A DNA stretch of 64,000 bases from Patescibacteria group bacterium (lineage in GTDB: Bacteria > Patescibacteriota > Minisyncoccia > Phycocordibacterales > SBAW01). The notes beneath the pieces were generated by a model. That model was not told the origin of the DNA and did not search any database. It saw nothing but the letters and a program-made list of their open reading frames with translations. The stretch's first letter is position 1, and each line of letters starts with the position of its first letter. Location: positions 2,018 to 66,017 of the forward strand of contig JACOWS010000004.1 in assembly GCA_016176685.1 (NCBI GenBank). Reading direction: 5' to 3'. Positions 36,557 through 46,379 of this stretch are shown here, one piece after another. A program made the translations under genes and the position numbers.

Positions 36557-38410
36557 TCATATCGCCAAGACCACGGGGATAACGATGGGGCGCTTGTTGG
36601 TTTTTTCGAAAAGAAAGCGCGCGACCGCGTCGGTGACATTGTTTTTGACGTAGTCGAAGTTAACCGGCTGTTGGCCGTGGGTGGTGTCCTCAATAGTTTT
36701 CTTCACAATGATACGGGCTTGCTGGAGAAGTTCCTGGCTCTCGCGCAAATATATAAAGCCGCGCGAGATAATGTCCGGGCTTTTGCGCAGTTTCCCTGTG
36801 CGCGAGTTTACCGTTGCGATGATAACAAACATACCCTCGGCCGAAAGCACCGTCCTGTCGCGGATAACCACTTCCTGCATCTCTCCAATGGCAAAACCAT
36901 CCACCATCCGCAAGCTGTTGGGCGCATTTTCCTTAAGGCGTACAATTTTTTGCCCCTCGTTCTGTATCTCTATGACGGCGCCGTTGTCGGGAACCACTAT
37001 TTCGTCCTCGCTGCGCCCGCAGGCTTTGGCGATGTCGGCGTGCACGCGCAACATGTAGTGGTATCCGTGCAGCGGCATAAAGAATCGGGGATTTATTTTT
37101 TGATGTATCCAAAACGTTTCGTCTCGGTTGGCATGGCCGGAAGAGTGTACGTCCATTTGTTCGCGGTGGATGATACGCGCGCCCTGTCTCGAGAGATTGT
37201 CTTTTAGTTTTTGTACCGCGCGCTCATTGCCTGGCACTATGGAGGAGGAGAGCACCACCGTGTCTCCCTTTTTTATCTTGACGTATTTGTGTGTTTTGAC
37301 GGCGATGCGCATGAGTGCCGCAAACTCGTCGCCCTGGGCTCCGGTGGCAAGTATCAGTATTTTGTTGTCGGGCAGGCTCGTGAGCTGCTCCGGGCCGATA
37401 AACACGTTTTCGCTTACCTTAAGGAGCCCCAAGTGCTTCACTATCTCGATGTTTACCTTCATACTGCGGCCCTCTACCAAAATTTTGCGGCCCACACGCT
37501 CGGCCTGTTCAATAATACGCATCAAGCGCTCCAGCTGGGAGGAAAAGGTTCCTACAATAAGACGCCCCGGGGTCGTCACTATAATATCGTCCATGTTTTT
37601 CTTGACCGTGCTCTCGGGGATGGAAAACCCCGGCCTCTCGCAATTGGTCGAGTCTGCCGCCAAAAACAGCACTTTTTTGTCTTTGAAGAAGGCAAACTCT
37701 TCCTCCTCGGCTTGTGTCGGTACTCCTTCAACATGGTCAAGCTTGAGGTCGCCGGTAAACACCATGAGCCCGAATGGTGTTTCGATTATAATGCCCATCG
37801 CGTCTGGTATGGTGTGTGTCACCTCAAAGAAGCGCACTTTAAGGTCGCCGGCTCGCACAACTTCTTTCGCCTCTACCTCTTTGATGTCGAGCGGCTTCAA
37901 ATGGGGAAATTCCTCTTGTCGCTTGCGTATCATCACCGAGGTCAAGCGCCGTGTGTAGACAGTAGGGTAGCCGATGCGGTCTATTATGTAGGGTATGCCG
38001 CCGATGTGGTCGAGGTGGCCGTGCGTTATAAATATCCCGCGAATTTTTTGCGCTCGGTCCTCTAGATATTTGGTATTGGGAAGTATGTAGTCAATACCGG
38101 GCGTGTCGCCGTCGCGGAACTGAAATCCGCAGTCGACGACGATGATGTCGTCGCCAAACTCAATCGCGGTCATATTGCGGCCTATTTCCTCCACGCCACC
38201 CAAAGGGACTACGCGTATGTTGCCTGGTTCGAGCGGCGGTAGCGGCCTTTCCTCGCCGTTTACGCCGCCACTGCGCTCGCGTAGCTGGCGCGGCGGCGGC
38301 GTCTGGTGCGGGCGCGGCCCGCCGCGGCTCAAAGGGGCGCCTCTATGTCCGCGATTGCTCCTACCTCCGCGCTTGTCTCGCACTATAAAAGATTTTTTCT
38401 GTTGTTCCAT
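36557..38410 (-). CDS. rnj: Ribonuclease J (metallo-beta-lactamase/beta-CASP) with Arg/Gly/Pro-rich N-terminal extension
   Basis: ITHGHLDHIGG motif and overall beta-CASP layout. About 60-aa basic N-terminal extension before IRVVPLGG. Confidence 0.85.
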   Translation of the reverse strand: MEQQKKSFIVRDKRGGRSNRGHRGAPLSRGGPRPHQTPPPRQLRERSGGVNGEERPLPPLEPGNIRVVPLGGVEEIGRNMTAIEFGDDIIVVDCGFQFRDGDTPGIDYILPNTKYLEDRAQKIRGIFITHGHLDHIGGIPYIIDRIGYPTVYTRRLTSVMIRKRQEEFPHLKPLDIKEVEAKEVVRAGDLKVRFFEVTHTIPDAMGIIIETPFGLMVFTGDLKLDHVEGVPTQAEEEEFAFFKDKKVLFLAADSTNCERPGFSIPESTVKKNMDDIIVTTPGRLIVGTFSSQLERLMRIIEQAERVGRKILVEGRSMKVNIEIVKHLGLLKVSENVFIGPEQLTSLPDNKILILATGAQGDEFAALMRIAVKTHKYVKIKKGDTVVLSSSIVPGNERAVQKLKDNLSRQGARIIHREQMDVHSSGHANRDETFWIHQKINPRFFMPLHGYHYMLRVHADIAKACGRSEDEIVVPDNGAVIEIQNEGQKIVRLKENAPNSLRMVDGFAIGEMQEVVIRDRTVLSAEGMFVIIATVNSRTGKLRKSPDIISRGFIYLRESQELLQQARIIVKKTIEDTTHGQQPVNFDYVKNNVTDAVARFLFEKTNKRPIVIPVVLAI

Positions 38411-38415
38411 TGCAC

Positions 38416-40197
38416 CTATCGATTAGTAAATAGAGGCCACACGTAGTCTGTCTCCCGATGCCAACTCTGCACAGAGAGGAAGCGGTCGCTTGGAGTTCCT
38501 ATAAAGCCCACATTGAGCCCGTATACGTCTTGAGGAATAGTATACACGAAATCCGGCGCATAGAGAAATATCGCCGGAATGTCCTTTGCCAACTCTGCCT
38601 CAAACTTTTTGTATAGCATGGCGCGCGCGTCTTGGTCTACCGTTTTTCTAAGGTCTTCAAGGGCAGCGTCGGCGGTGGAGTTTGCATACAGAGCGATGTT
38701 GAGTCCCGGGTCGTTGCGTTGGCTCGAGTGCCAAAAGGCAAATAAGTCGAGTTCGCGGCCCACCACCTCGCCAAAAAGAAGCGCGTCGTACTTGCGCGGG
38801 CGGATAACATTTTGTGACAAATCTCCCTGGTCGTAAATCTGTACCTCAACATCGGCCCCCATGCGCTCCCATGCGGCGCGTACAAACTCTGCGGCGGCTC
38901 GCAGCTCCGGCACGTTTCCTGTCGAAAGTGTAAATGCAAGTCTGATGGTCTGCGCTTTTTTGCCGGTGCCGGTTGTTTTAAACAACACCCCATCGCCTCC
39001 AAGCTCCCAACCCTTAGAGATGAAAAATTGCCGTGCCAAAAGAGCGTGGTCGACCTTGTCTATCGATTGGTAAGACGGGTCTGTCGAGGCGGCGGCGGAT
39101 ATCCCTCTGCTGGCAAGGATATTCGGCGGCACCGGACCCTCAAGCGCGGCGCCGTAACCCCCTAAAATCTCCACAACTAGCGAATCTCTATCCACCGCCT
39201 TCTGGAGTGCCTGTCTCACGGTGATGTCGCGCAGTACCTCGGACTGGTTTTGGTTAAAAAAGACGCCAAACACTCGGTTGAGCGGCGAGCGTACTATGTT
39301 AAAACTCTGCAATTTTTCAAGCGAGGAGGGAGAAAGCTCGCTGGCGGCCTCTATCTCGCCGGACTGCAATGCCGAAACAACCGCCTCTTCATTTTGATAA
39401 AAACGGAGTGTCAGATTCGCAAGGTACGGTTCTCCAAGTTCATATTTTTTAAATGCACTAAGGTTATAGGAAGAGGGGATGCCCGCCGGCGTACGCGCTA
39501 TGGTATTAATTCGGAACGGCCCGGATCCTATGGGCGACGTGTTAAGTTCGCTGAAGGGAAATTCTTCACCGCTGACATCTTGCCAGAGATGCTTGGGGAG
39601 TATGCCCAGAATCATATTTTCAATAAACGGGGAGTAAGCGCTTTTTAAGCTGAAACGCACGGTGTAATCGTCGACTTTTCCCACGGCGACGCCGTCCCAG
39701 TTTGCCCGCACGGGGCTTTTGAGCACCGGGTCTTGGGTTTTTGCGATGGTAAAGACGATATCGTCGGCGGTCACCGGCGACCCGTCGTGGAAGGTTGCGT
39801 CCTGGCGCAGGGCAAACGTGTAGGTCCTCCCATTGTCGGAAATATCATAACTCGCAGCCAGGTCAGGCAGGTAGTCGCCATCGGGTGTCGCGCGCAGAAG
39901 CCCGGAGTACACCAGGGTGGTGAGGTCGCGGTCGGCGTCGGAGAGCGCGAGTATTGGGTTGATAAAGCGCGGGCTACCGACGATACCTTCAGATATGCCG
40001 CCACCGTACCCTGGGGTGGCCACGAGGAGCGAGTTATTCAGTATATAGATGAGCCCGCTGGCCGAGACAATAAGCAATCCTGCAAAAAAGAGAAATAGAG
40101 CCCGCCCGCTTGCAGAAAAGGAGCGATACAGACCTTCCGCTGTATCAAACAACGGCACATACACGGGCCGGGAGGCGCTCTGCCAAAGATGTTTCAT
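38416..40197 (-). CDS. ABC transporter substrate-binding protein, family 5 (peptide/nickel), membrane-anchored
   Basis: N-terminal TM anchor and SBP_bac_5-like sequence, 593 aa. Confidence 0.7.
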   Translation of the reverse strand: MKHLWQSASRPVYVPLFDTAEGLYRSFSASGRALFLFFAGLLIVSASGLIYILNNSLLVATPGYGGGISEGIVGSPRFINPILALSDADRDLTTLVYSGLLRATPDGDYLPDLAASYDISDNGRTYTFALRQDATFHDGSPVTADDIVFTIAKTQDPVLKSPVRANWDGVAVGKVDDYTVRFSLKSAYSPFIENMILGILPKHLWQDVSGEEFPFSELNTSPIGSGPFRINTIARTPAGIPSSYNLSAFKKYELGEPYLANLTLRFYQNEEAVVSALQSGEIEAASELSPSSLEKLQSFNIVRSPLNRVFGVFFNQNQSEVLRDITVRQALQKAVDRDSLVVEILGGYGAALEGPVPPNILASRGISAAASTDPSYQSIDKVDHALLARQFFISKGWELGGDGVLFKTTGTGKKAQTIRLAFTLSTGNVPELRAAAEFVRAAWERMGADVEVQIYDQGDLSQNVIRPRKYDALLFGEVVGRELDLFAFWHSSQRNDPGLNIALYANSTADAALEDLRKTVDQDARAMLYKKFEAELAKDIPAIFLYAPDFVYTIPQDVYGLNVGFIGTPSDRFLSVQSWHRETDYVWPLFTNR

Positions 40198-40211
40198 TAT
40201 GTCTTACTTCG

Positions 40212-40442
40212 TTATTGTATGAGGAGTGCGAGGAACGACAGCACGCCCAGAAGTACCCCCATGACTATGGTCGCATAGAAGAGGTTTTTCTCCATCCCGC
40301 GCCGCGTGTGGTACCCGGCAGAGAAGTTGTCTCCGCCGAACGCACCGCCCAAAGAAGCGCCTGTCTGCTGGAGCAGTACGGCGATAATAATAAGTATTGC
40401 GAGCACTAACTGTATGTACGGCAACAGGCCGCCAAGCGTCAT
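40212..40442 (-). CDS. secG: Preprotein translocase subunit SecG
   Basis: 76 aa, two TM helices with a Gly-rich loop (GASLGGAFGG). Confidence 0.75.
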   Translation of the reverse strand: MTLGGLLPYIQLVLAILIIIAVLLQQTGASLGGAFGGDNFSAGYHTRRGMEKNLFYATIVMGVLLGVLSFLALLIQ

Positions 40443-40563
40443 GTGGGTTTATGCTAGCACACCTCCCCCAAACCCGCAACGGCCTCAATAAGAGGTGGTC
40501 GTGGTAAGGTTGGTCCTTAGACACAGTTTGTTTTAGGTGTGGAAATGTGTTATTTTTTTAGGC

Positions 40564-40767
40564 ATGGATATCGCCGACCTCAAAAACGTAGTGTGGAAAG
40601 AAGGTAAGCATTATGTTGCCCAGTCTTTGAATGTTGATGTGTCCAGTTTTGGAAACACAAAAGGAGAGGCTCTTGTAAATTTACGAGAAGCTCTCGAGCT
40701 TTATTTTGAGGACGCAGAACAAGATTCCGCGACGACGGTGGAAGAACCTGAAATCGTGTCGGTATAA
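40564..40767 (+). CDS. hicB: HicB family antitoxin
   Basis: KHYVAQSLNVDVSSFGNTKGEALVNLREALELYFE. Stop overlaps the hicA start (TAATG). Confidence 0.7.
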   Translation: MDIADLKNVVWKEGKHYVAQSLNVDVSSFGNTKGEALVNLREALELYFEDAEQDSATTVEEPEIVSV

Positions 40768-40979
40768 TGCCGCAACTATTTTCCTCAGCGCACATCATCA
40801 CTGTTCTCGAAAAGAATGGCTTTTACCTTGTCTCGCAGAAAGGGAGCCACACAAAGTATAGGAAGGTGAATAAAGAAAAGAAGCTTACCGTGATTGTCCC
40901 AGCCAACAAGAAAGAAATCCCGCTGGGGACTTTTCGCTCTATCCTACGGCAATCTCAATTGGACATTAAGGACTTTTAG
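40767..40979 (+). CDS. hicA: HicA family mRNA interferase toxin
   Basis: QKGSHTKY...VIVPANKKEIPLGTFRSILRQSQL is the classic HicA signature. Confidence 0.75.
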   Translation: MPQLFSSAHIITVLEKNGFYLVSQKGSHTKYRKVNKEKKLTVIVPANKKEIPLGTFRSILRQSQLDIKDF

Positions 40980-41152
40980 AATATTTACCCTCACTCAAAC
41001 TACCGCTAGTTTGACATTAAACACGGCAAAATGGGCGGCTTTTCTCATTTTGACGCACACATCTTGACAGGGGGGGTGGTTTTGCCTATTGTGGAGCCGA
41101 TTGTTCGTCCCGAGACAAACGTTTTTACCAGCATTAGCAACGCGCTTTTCCT

Positions 41153-41515
41153 ATGAAAAAGAAACAGAAGAAATCAGCAACAAAGTCCGAGTCAAAAAAA
41201 GCGCCGGCAAAAAAGCCGGCAAAAAAAGGCGCGCTTGGCCAACCCTATGGCGACCGCGTACTGGTAAAACCCGCCGCGCCGGAGGAGGTAACCTCTTTTG
41301 GCCTCATAATCCCAGACGCCGCCAAGGAAAAACCCGAGCAGGGCACGGTGGTCGCTATTGGCCCCGGTAAAAAAAACGATGAAGGTCGCGTGGTTCCGCT
41401 GTCGGTTAAAGTGGGCGACCGTATTATGTTCTCGAAATACGGGTATGAAGAAATAAAAATCAACGGCACCGAGTATTACCTTATCAAGGAAGACAGCATT
41501 ACCTACCTCTTTTAA
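41153..41515 (+). CDS. groES: Co-chaperonin GroES with Lys-rich N-terminal extension
   Basis: GroES core begins at LGQPYGDRVLVKP. It is preceded by a 27-aa KKKQKKSATKSESKKAPAKKPAKKGA extension, and no alternative in-frame start is closer. Confidence 0.85.
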   Translation: MKKKQKKSATKSESKKAPAKKPAKKGALGQPYGDRVLVKPAAPEEVTSFGLIIPDAAKEKPEQGTVVAIGPGKKNDEGRVVPLSVKVGDRIMFSKYGYEEIKINGTEYYLIKEDSITYLF

Positions 41516-41533
41516 TCTCTCTAGAATCTCACT

Positions 41534-43180
41534 ATGGCAAAGCAAATTCTCTACAACGAAAAAGCTCGCCGCGCGCTTAAGGCGGGTATCGACAAGGCGG
41601 CGGGTGCCGTCAAGGTAACCTTGGGCCCGCGCGGCCGCAACGTCGCGCTCGACAAAGGATACGGCGGCCCGACCATCACCAACGACGGCGTTTCTATCGC
41701 CAAGGAAATAACATTGCGCGACAAGTTTGAAAACATGGGAGCCGAGATTGTAAAAGAGGTAGCCCAAAAAACCAACGACATCGCCGGCGACGGCACCACC
41801 ACCTCGGTGGTTCTCCTGCTGGCTTTGGTGGAAGAGGGGATGAAACATACCGAGGCGGGGCTCAACGCCATGGGCATACGTTCAGGCATAGAAAAAGCTG
41901 GTGCCGATGCGGTGACGGCACTGCGCGGCCTTGCAAAAAAGATTGCGGGAGACGAGGAAATCCGACAGGTTGCCACTATTGCCGCCGAGTCGGAAGAGGT
42001 AGGCAAAATTATCGCCGACACCATCGGCGAGGTGGGCAAAGATGGAGTTGTAACGGTGGAGGAGTCGCAGTCGCTGGGGATAGAAAAGGAGGTGGTGGAG
42101 GGTATGGAATTTGACCGCGGCTATGTGAGCGCCTATATGGTAACTGATGCTCAGCGGATGGAAGCATCAATGAAAGATGCGCCCATACTAATCACAGACA
42201 AAAAAATATCATCCGTGCAAGAAATTTTACCTGTGCTTGAAAAGATAGCGGGGAGTGGCAAAAAAGACCTCGTGATTATCGCCGACGATGTAGAGGGCGA
42301 GGCCTTGGCGACTTTTGTGCTCAATAAACTGCGCGGCACATTCAATATCCTTGCGGTTAAGGCACCGGGCTACGGCGACCGAAAAGAGGAGATGCTTCAG
42401 GACATCGCCACGGTGACCGGCGGACAGGTCATTTCAGAAAAAGTCGGCATCAAGTTCGAAAACGCGGAGATTGCCATGCTCGGCCGCGCCGCGCGCGTGG
42501 TGGCTACCAAGGACTCTACCGTAATCGTGGGAGGCAAGGGAGGCAAAAAAGATATAGAAAAACGCATTGCCGAAATCCGCGAACAGCTTGGGAAAACGGA
42601 ATCGAAGTTTGACAAAGAAAAGCTTGAGGAGCGGCTGGCAAAACTTATGGGCGGGGTGGCGGTCATACGCGTGGGCGCGGCGACCGAGACGGAGATGAAG
42701 TATCTTAAGCTCAAGATCGAAGACGCGGTTAACGCAACCAAGGCCGCAATAGAAGAGGGCGTGGTTGCCGGCGGCGGCACCGCACTGGTGCGGGCCGCGC
42801 AAAAAATAGAAGAAAATTTTGCAAAGACGAAAGAAAAAATGACCGTCGACGAGCGCATCGGATACGAAGTGGTGCTCAAGGCGCTTGAGATGCCACTGCG
42901 CCAAATTGCACAAAACGCCGGCTTTGACCCGGGCGTCGCGGTGCTTAAAATATCGGAGGGCAAGGGTAATGCGGGATACGATGCCGTGTCGGGGAAAGTC
43001 GTTCCAGACATGATGGAAGCGGGCATCATCGACCCGGTCAAGGTTACGCGCACGGCGCTCGAGCGTGCCACCTCCGCCGCCGCTATGCTTATAACGACCG
43101 AAGCGGCCGTAGCCGAAGAGCCAAAAGAGGAAAAAGATTCCCCCATCCCAGGCGGTGGGATGGGGGACATGGACTATTAA
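41534..43180 (+). CDS. groEL: Chaperonin GroEL
   Basis: [21 protein letters not shown]...C-terminal GGMGDMDY. Confidence 0.95.
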   Translation: MAKQILYNEKARRALKAGIDKAAGAVKVTLGPRGRNVALDKGYGGPTITNDGVSIAKEITLRDKFENMGAEIVKEVAQKTNDIAGDGTTTSVVLLLALVEEGMKHTEAGLNAMGIRSGIEKAGADAVTALRGLAKKIAGDEEIRQVATIAAESEEVGKIIADTIGEVGKDGVVTVEESQSLGIEKEVVEGMEFDRGYVSAYMVTDAQRMEASMKDAPILITDKKISSVQEILPVLEKIAGSGKKDLVIIADDVEGEALATFVLNKLRGTFNILAVKAPGYGDRKEEMLQDIATVTGGQVISEKVGIKFENAEIAMLGRAARVVATKDSTVIVGGKGGKKDIEKRIAEIREQLGKTESKFDKEKLEERLAKLMGGVAVIRVGAATETEMKYLKLKIEDAVNATKAAIEEGVVAGGGTALVRAAQKIEENFAKTKEKMTVDERIGYEVVLKALEMPLRQIAQNAGFDPGVAVLKISEGKGNAGYDAVSGKVVPDMMEAGIIDPVKVTRTALERATSAAAMLITTEAAVAEEPKEEKDSPIPGGGMGDMDY

Positions 43181-43198
43181 AAGTGCTATACTTGTAGT

Positions 43199-43759
43199 AT
43201 GAACTGGGTTTACCTGCTACTGGGCGCACTTTTAGTGGTTGTGCTGTGGGTGGTAGCGGTGTACAACCGCTTTATCCGGATGGTCAACCGCGCTAAAGAG
43301 GCGTGGGCCGACATTGATGTCCAACTCAAGCGCCGCTATGACCTTATCCCCAACCTTTTGGAAACGGTCAAGGGTTATGCCAAGCACGAAAGCGGCACGT
43401 TTGAAAAGGTGACCGCCGCGCGCGCGGCGGCGATGGACGCCGGCGGTGTTGCAGAGAAGGGCAAGGCGGAAAACTTTTTGAGTGAAACACTGAAATCTCT
43501 CTTTGCGGTTGCCGAGGCGTATCCGGACCTTAAGGCAAACCAAAACTTCCTCGAGCTTCAGCGCGAGTTGTCCGACACCGAAAATAAAATCCAGGCCGCG
43601 CGCCGATTTTACAACGGCAATGTGCGCGACCTCAACACTTCGCTCCAAAGCTTCCCCAACAACGTTATAGCGGAGTTCTTCCACTTTGAGCCGCGCGAGT
43701 TCTTCGAGCTGGGGGAAAGGGAAGGTGCCGCCCGCGAACCTGTTGCGGTCAAATTTTAA
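43199..43759 (+). CDS. lemA: LemA family protein
   Basis: N-terminal TM plus the conserved LemA sequence. Confidence 0.75.
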   Translation: MNWVYLLLGALLVVVLWVVAVYNRFIRMVNRAKEAWADIDVQLKRRYDLIPNLLETVKGYAKHESGTFEKVTAARAAAMDAGGVAEKGKAENFLSETLKSLFAVAEAYPDLKANQNFLELQRELSDTENKIQAARRFYNGNVRDLNTSLQSFPNNVIAEFFHFEPREFFELGEREGAAREPVAVKF

Positions 43760-43884
43760 TCGCTATATAAAAACAAGCCTTCAGGGCACCACAAATTTCC
43801 TGCTGGAAATTTGCTGAGTCTCGCGCCGACGCGCTCGACCGCGGACTCACTGCCCTTAAGACTTGTTTTTATCTAGCCTCACAC

Positions 43885-44778
43885 ATGGCCACTCTCTACA
43901 CTCACCAGTCGGAAAATATTGCAAAAACCTGGGTCTTGCTGGGTGTTTTTGTGGGCATAGTTATAGGCGTAGGGTGGGCCGTATCGTGGTACTTTAACAA
44001 CCCGGGCATCCTGGTTATTGCCGTTATCTTTGCCTTGGTGATGAATGTCTTGAGCTACTGGTGGAGTGACAAAATTGTGGTGGGCTTAGCAGGTGCGCGG
44101 CAGGCGCCGGAAACCGAGTTCCCCGACCTGCACAACTTGGTAGAGAATTTGGCTATTACCGCCGGGCTTCCAAAACCAAAAGTGTATATTATCGAGGACT
44201 CCGCCCCCAATGCCTTTGCCACGGGGCGCAACAAGGAGCATGCGGTGGTTGCTGTAACGACCGGGCTCTTGGCGGCACTTGAGCGTGCCGAGCTGGAGGG
44301 GGTTATAGCACACGAGCTTTCTCACATCGGCAACCGCGACATGCTGGTTTCGACGGTGGCGGTGGTGTTGGTCGGGTTTATTGCCATTGTATCCGACCTA
44401 TTTTTGCGCTCGATGTTGTGGGGTGGCAAAGGTGGAGACCGAGACAACAAAAACCCTGTTTTGATGATTGTTGCGATGGCGTTCATTGTGCTCGCCCCCA
44501 TTGCCGCAACCCTGCTGCAGCTGGCAGTCTCGCGCAAACGCGAGTTTTTGGCAGACGCCTCCGGCGCGCTTTTGACCCGCTATCCCGAAGGGCTCGCAAA
44601 CGCCCTGCGCAAAATAGGCAGCTACCAAACGCCGATGCGCCGCGCGAGCAACGCCACCGCGCACCTCTATATTGCCAACCCCTTTGGCCCCAAGGCCCAA
44701 ACAAGCGGCCTGGCAAAACTGTTCATGACCCACCCGCCGATAGCGGAGCGCATTAGGGCACTTACCGGCGGCAAATAA
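43885..44778 (+). CDS. htpX: Zinc metalloprotease HtpX homolog (M48)
   Basis: HELSHIGNRD HExxH motif and four TM helices. Confidence 0.85.
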   Translation: MATLYTHQSENIAKTWVLLGVFVGIVIGVGWAVSWYFNNPGILVIAVIFALVMNVLSYWWSDKIVVGLAGARQAPETEFPDLHNLVENLAITAGLPKPKVYIIEDSAPNAFATGRNKEHAVVAVTTGLLAALERAELEGVIAHELSHIGNRDMLVSTVAVVLVGFIAIVSDLFLRSMLWGGKGGDRDNKNPVLMIVAMAFIVLAPIAATLLQLAVSRKREFLADASGALLTRYPEGLANALRKIGSYQTPMRRASNATAHLYIANPFGPKAQTSGLAKLFMTHPPIAERIRALTGGK

Positions 44779-44899
44779 AACCGACCAGCGCAAACGCAAT
44801 GCCTGGTTGCGCGAGCAACAAGTTAAAAGGTATAAACATGGAGAAGCTTTCAGAAAGTTGATAGGGTCACTGCCTCGGGTGGGGCCACATTGAAAGCGA

Positions 44900-44984
44900 G
44901 GAGGGTTCGCATAGCGGTCTAGTGCGCACGCTTGGAAAGCGTGTGTGGAGCAATCCACCAAGGGTTCGAATCCCTTACCCTCCG
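44900..44984 (+). tRNA. tRNA-Ser (anticodon GGA), type II with long variable arm
   Basis: Acceptor GGAGGGT/ACCCTCC; 3-bp D-stem; anticodon loop TTGGAAA; long variable arm; T-arm AAGGG-TTCGAAT-CCCTT. The ORFs 44922..45443 and 44932..45156 overlapping it are rejected. Confidence 0.8.
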
Positions 44985-45487
44985 CAGAAAGAAACTTCCG
45001 AATCCGAAAGGTGGGAAGAAGCCGCTGCCTGCGGCGCGGGCGTGGGCAAAAGAGCCCGTCGCTTCGCGACGAATTGGGACGGGACGGGTGCGGCGAAATG
45101 GGCGGATTTGTCACGAACCAGCGGGTTCGTTCCGATTTTTTGGACGAACGACTTGATTTGGTACAAATCAGAGGAGGAGGACAAAAAATTGGCTTGTTTC
45201 GTATCTAAAGATAAGGGGGACAGGCACAGTATTGACATGATATGCTTCACGCATGGCTCAATCAAATGGTGGAAAAGTACCAGCTTGAGTCTACAGTCAG
45301 ACCACTTGGTCGGCCGAAGAAGTCCTAAAATTGTGCCTGTCCCCGTATTCCGTATTTCTGTGCCTGTCCCCGTATTTGTCCCCGTATTCGTATTCCTTCC
45401 TGAGCAAGGAGGCACTCCGCGCTCTCCAACGTATACTCAATAAGATGTTGGAATGACATGTGCATAAACTCTTCTATTCTCAGTACC

Positions 45488-45529
45488 AGCTCGCCAAGTA
45501 GAAAACGAACGGCGAGCTTTCTTTTTTAT
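45488..45529 (+). terminator. Rho-independent terminator (AGCTCGCC-loop-GGCGAGCT + TTCTTTTTTAT)
   Basis: 8-bp GC-rich stem followed by a T-run, seen directly. Ends an ORF-poor, about 540-nt, segment downstream of tRNA-Ser. Confidence 0.65.
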
Positions 45530-45631
45530 AAATTCAAAGAGCGAGAATTTGCCGCCCCATACTTCGCCAAGGCTTCGTAGGGCGAGCGTGACGCAACCTG
45601 TCAAGGTTTGCGAGGGCGACCCATTGAAATC

Positions 45632-45865
45632 ATGTATTATAAAAATATGATTAAAAAATTACCTTTAGGAAAATACGAGCACTACAAGGGGAAACAATAT
45701 GAAGTTATTGGAGTTGCAAAACACAGCGAAACTCTGGAAGAACTGGTAGTTTATCGAGCTTTGTATGGGGAACACAGTTTATGGATTAGGCCACTGGATA
45801 TGTTTTTAGAAACGGTAGAAATTGAGGGCAAGAAAATCCCAAGATTCAAGTTTATAGAAAAGTAA
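45632..45865 (+). CDS. DUF1653 domain protein
   Basis: LGKYEHYKGKQYEVIGVAKHSETLEELVVYRALYG...WIRPLDMF matches DUF1653. Start is either 45632 or 45647. Confidence 0.65.
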   Translation: MYYKNMIKKLPLGKYEHYKGKQYEVIGVAKHSETLEELVVYRALYGEHSLWIRPLDMFLETVEIEGKKIPRFKFIEK

Positions 45866-45882
45866 GTAGTATAGGTAGTATC

Positions 45883-46362
45883 ATGTCTTTGCGTCTTATG
45901 GTTGCGCTCACCGGTGTGGCCCTGCTTGTGGTAGCGTTTGGTATGCACTTTGCTTCCACGGAGTATCCAAAAATGCAAACAAAATTACCGACAACCACGG
46001 TAATAATAGGCCCCGTCGTTGTTCTTGTAGAAGTCGCTTCGACCGACATTGCAAGGCGACAGGGCCTTTCCGGCAGAGCCACTCTAGAGGAGGGGAGTGG
46101 TATGCTGTTTGTGTTTGATACGGAAGGGGAATGGGGTATCTGGATGAAGGACATGCACTTTCCGATAGACATCATTTGGGCAAGCCAAGATGGCACCGTG
46201 GTTACCGTTGCCAAAGATATATCGCCCGATACCTACCCACAGGCGTTTTATCCGAGTGTCCCGGCGCGCTATGTACTTGAGGTGCCCGCAGGGTTTGTTG
46301 CGGCGCACGATGTTGCAGAGGGTTCTCGTTTGAGTATTGAAAATGCAAACGCTCCGCGGTAG
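45883..46362 (+). CDS. DUF192 domain protein
   Basis: LFVFDTEGEWGIWMKDMHFPIDIIW matches DUF192 (COG1430). Confidence 0.65.
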   Translation: MSLRLMVALTGVALLVVAFGMHFASTEYPKMQTKLPTTTVIIGPVVVLVEVASTDIARRQGLSGRATLEEGSGMLFVFDTEGEWGIWMKDMHFPIDIIWASQDGTVVTVAKDISPDTYPQAFYPSVPARYVLEVPAGFVAAHDVAEGSRLSIENANAPR

Positions 46363-46379
46363 CGGAGCGTCCACAGGTC

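Noticed and set aside
36671-38065. Plus-strand ORFs 36671..37207, 37128..37958 and 37211..38065 opposite RNase J
   Set aside because: Shadow ORFs. The minus strand encodes RNase J with the HGHLDH motif.
44922-45443. 173-aa ORF starting inside tRNA-Ser
   Set aside because: Overlaps a confidently folded tRNA and a repeat-rich region. Low-complexity translation. Treated as non-coding.
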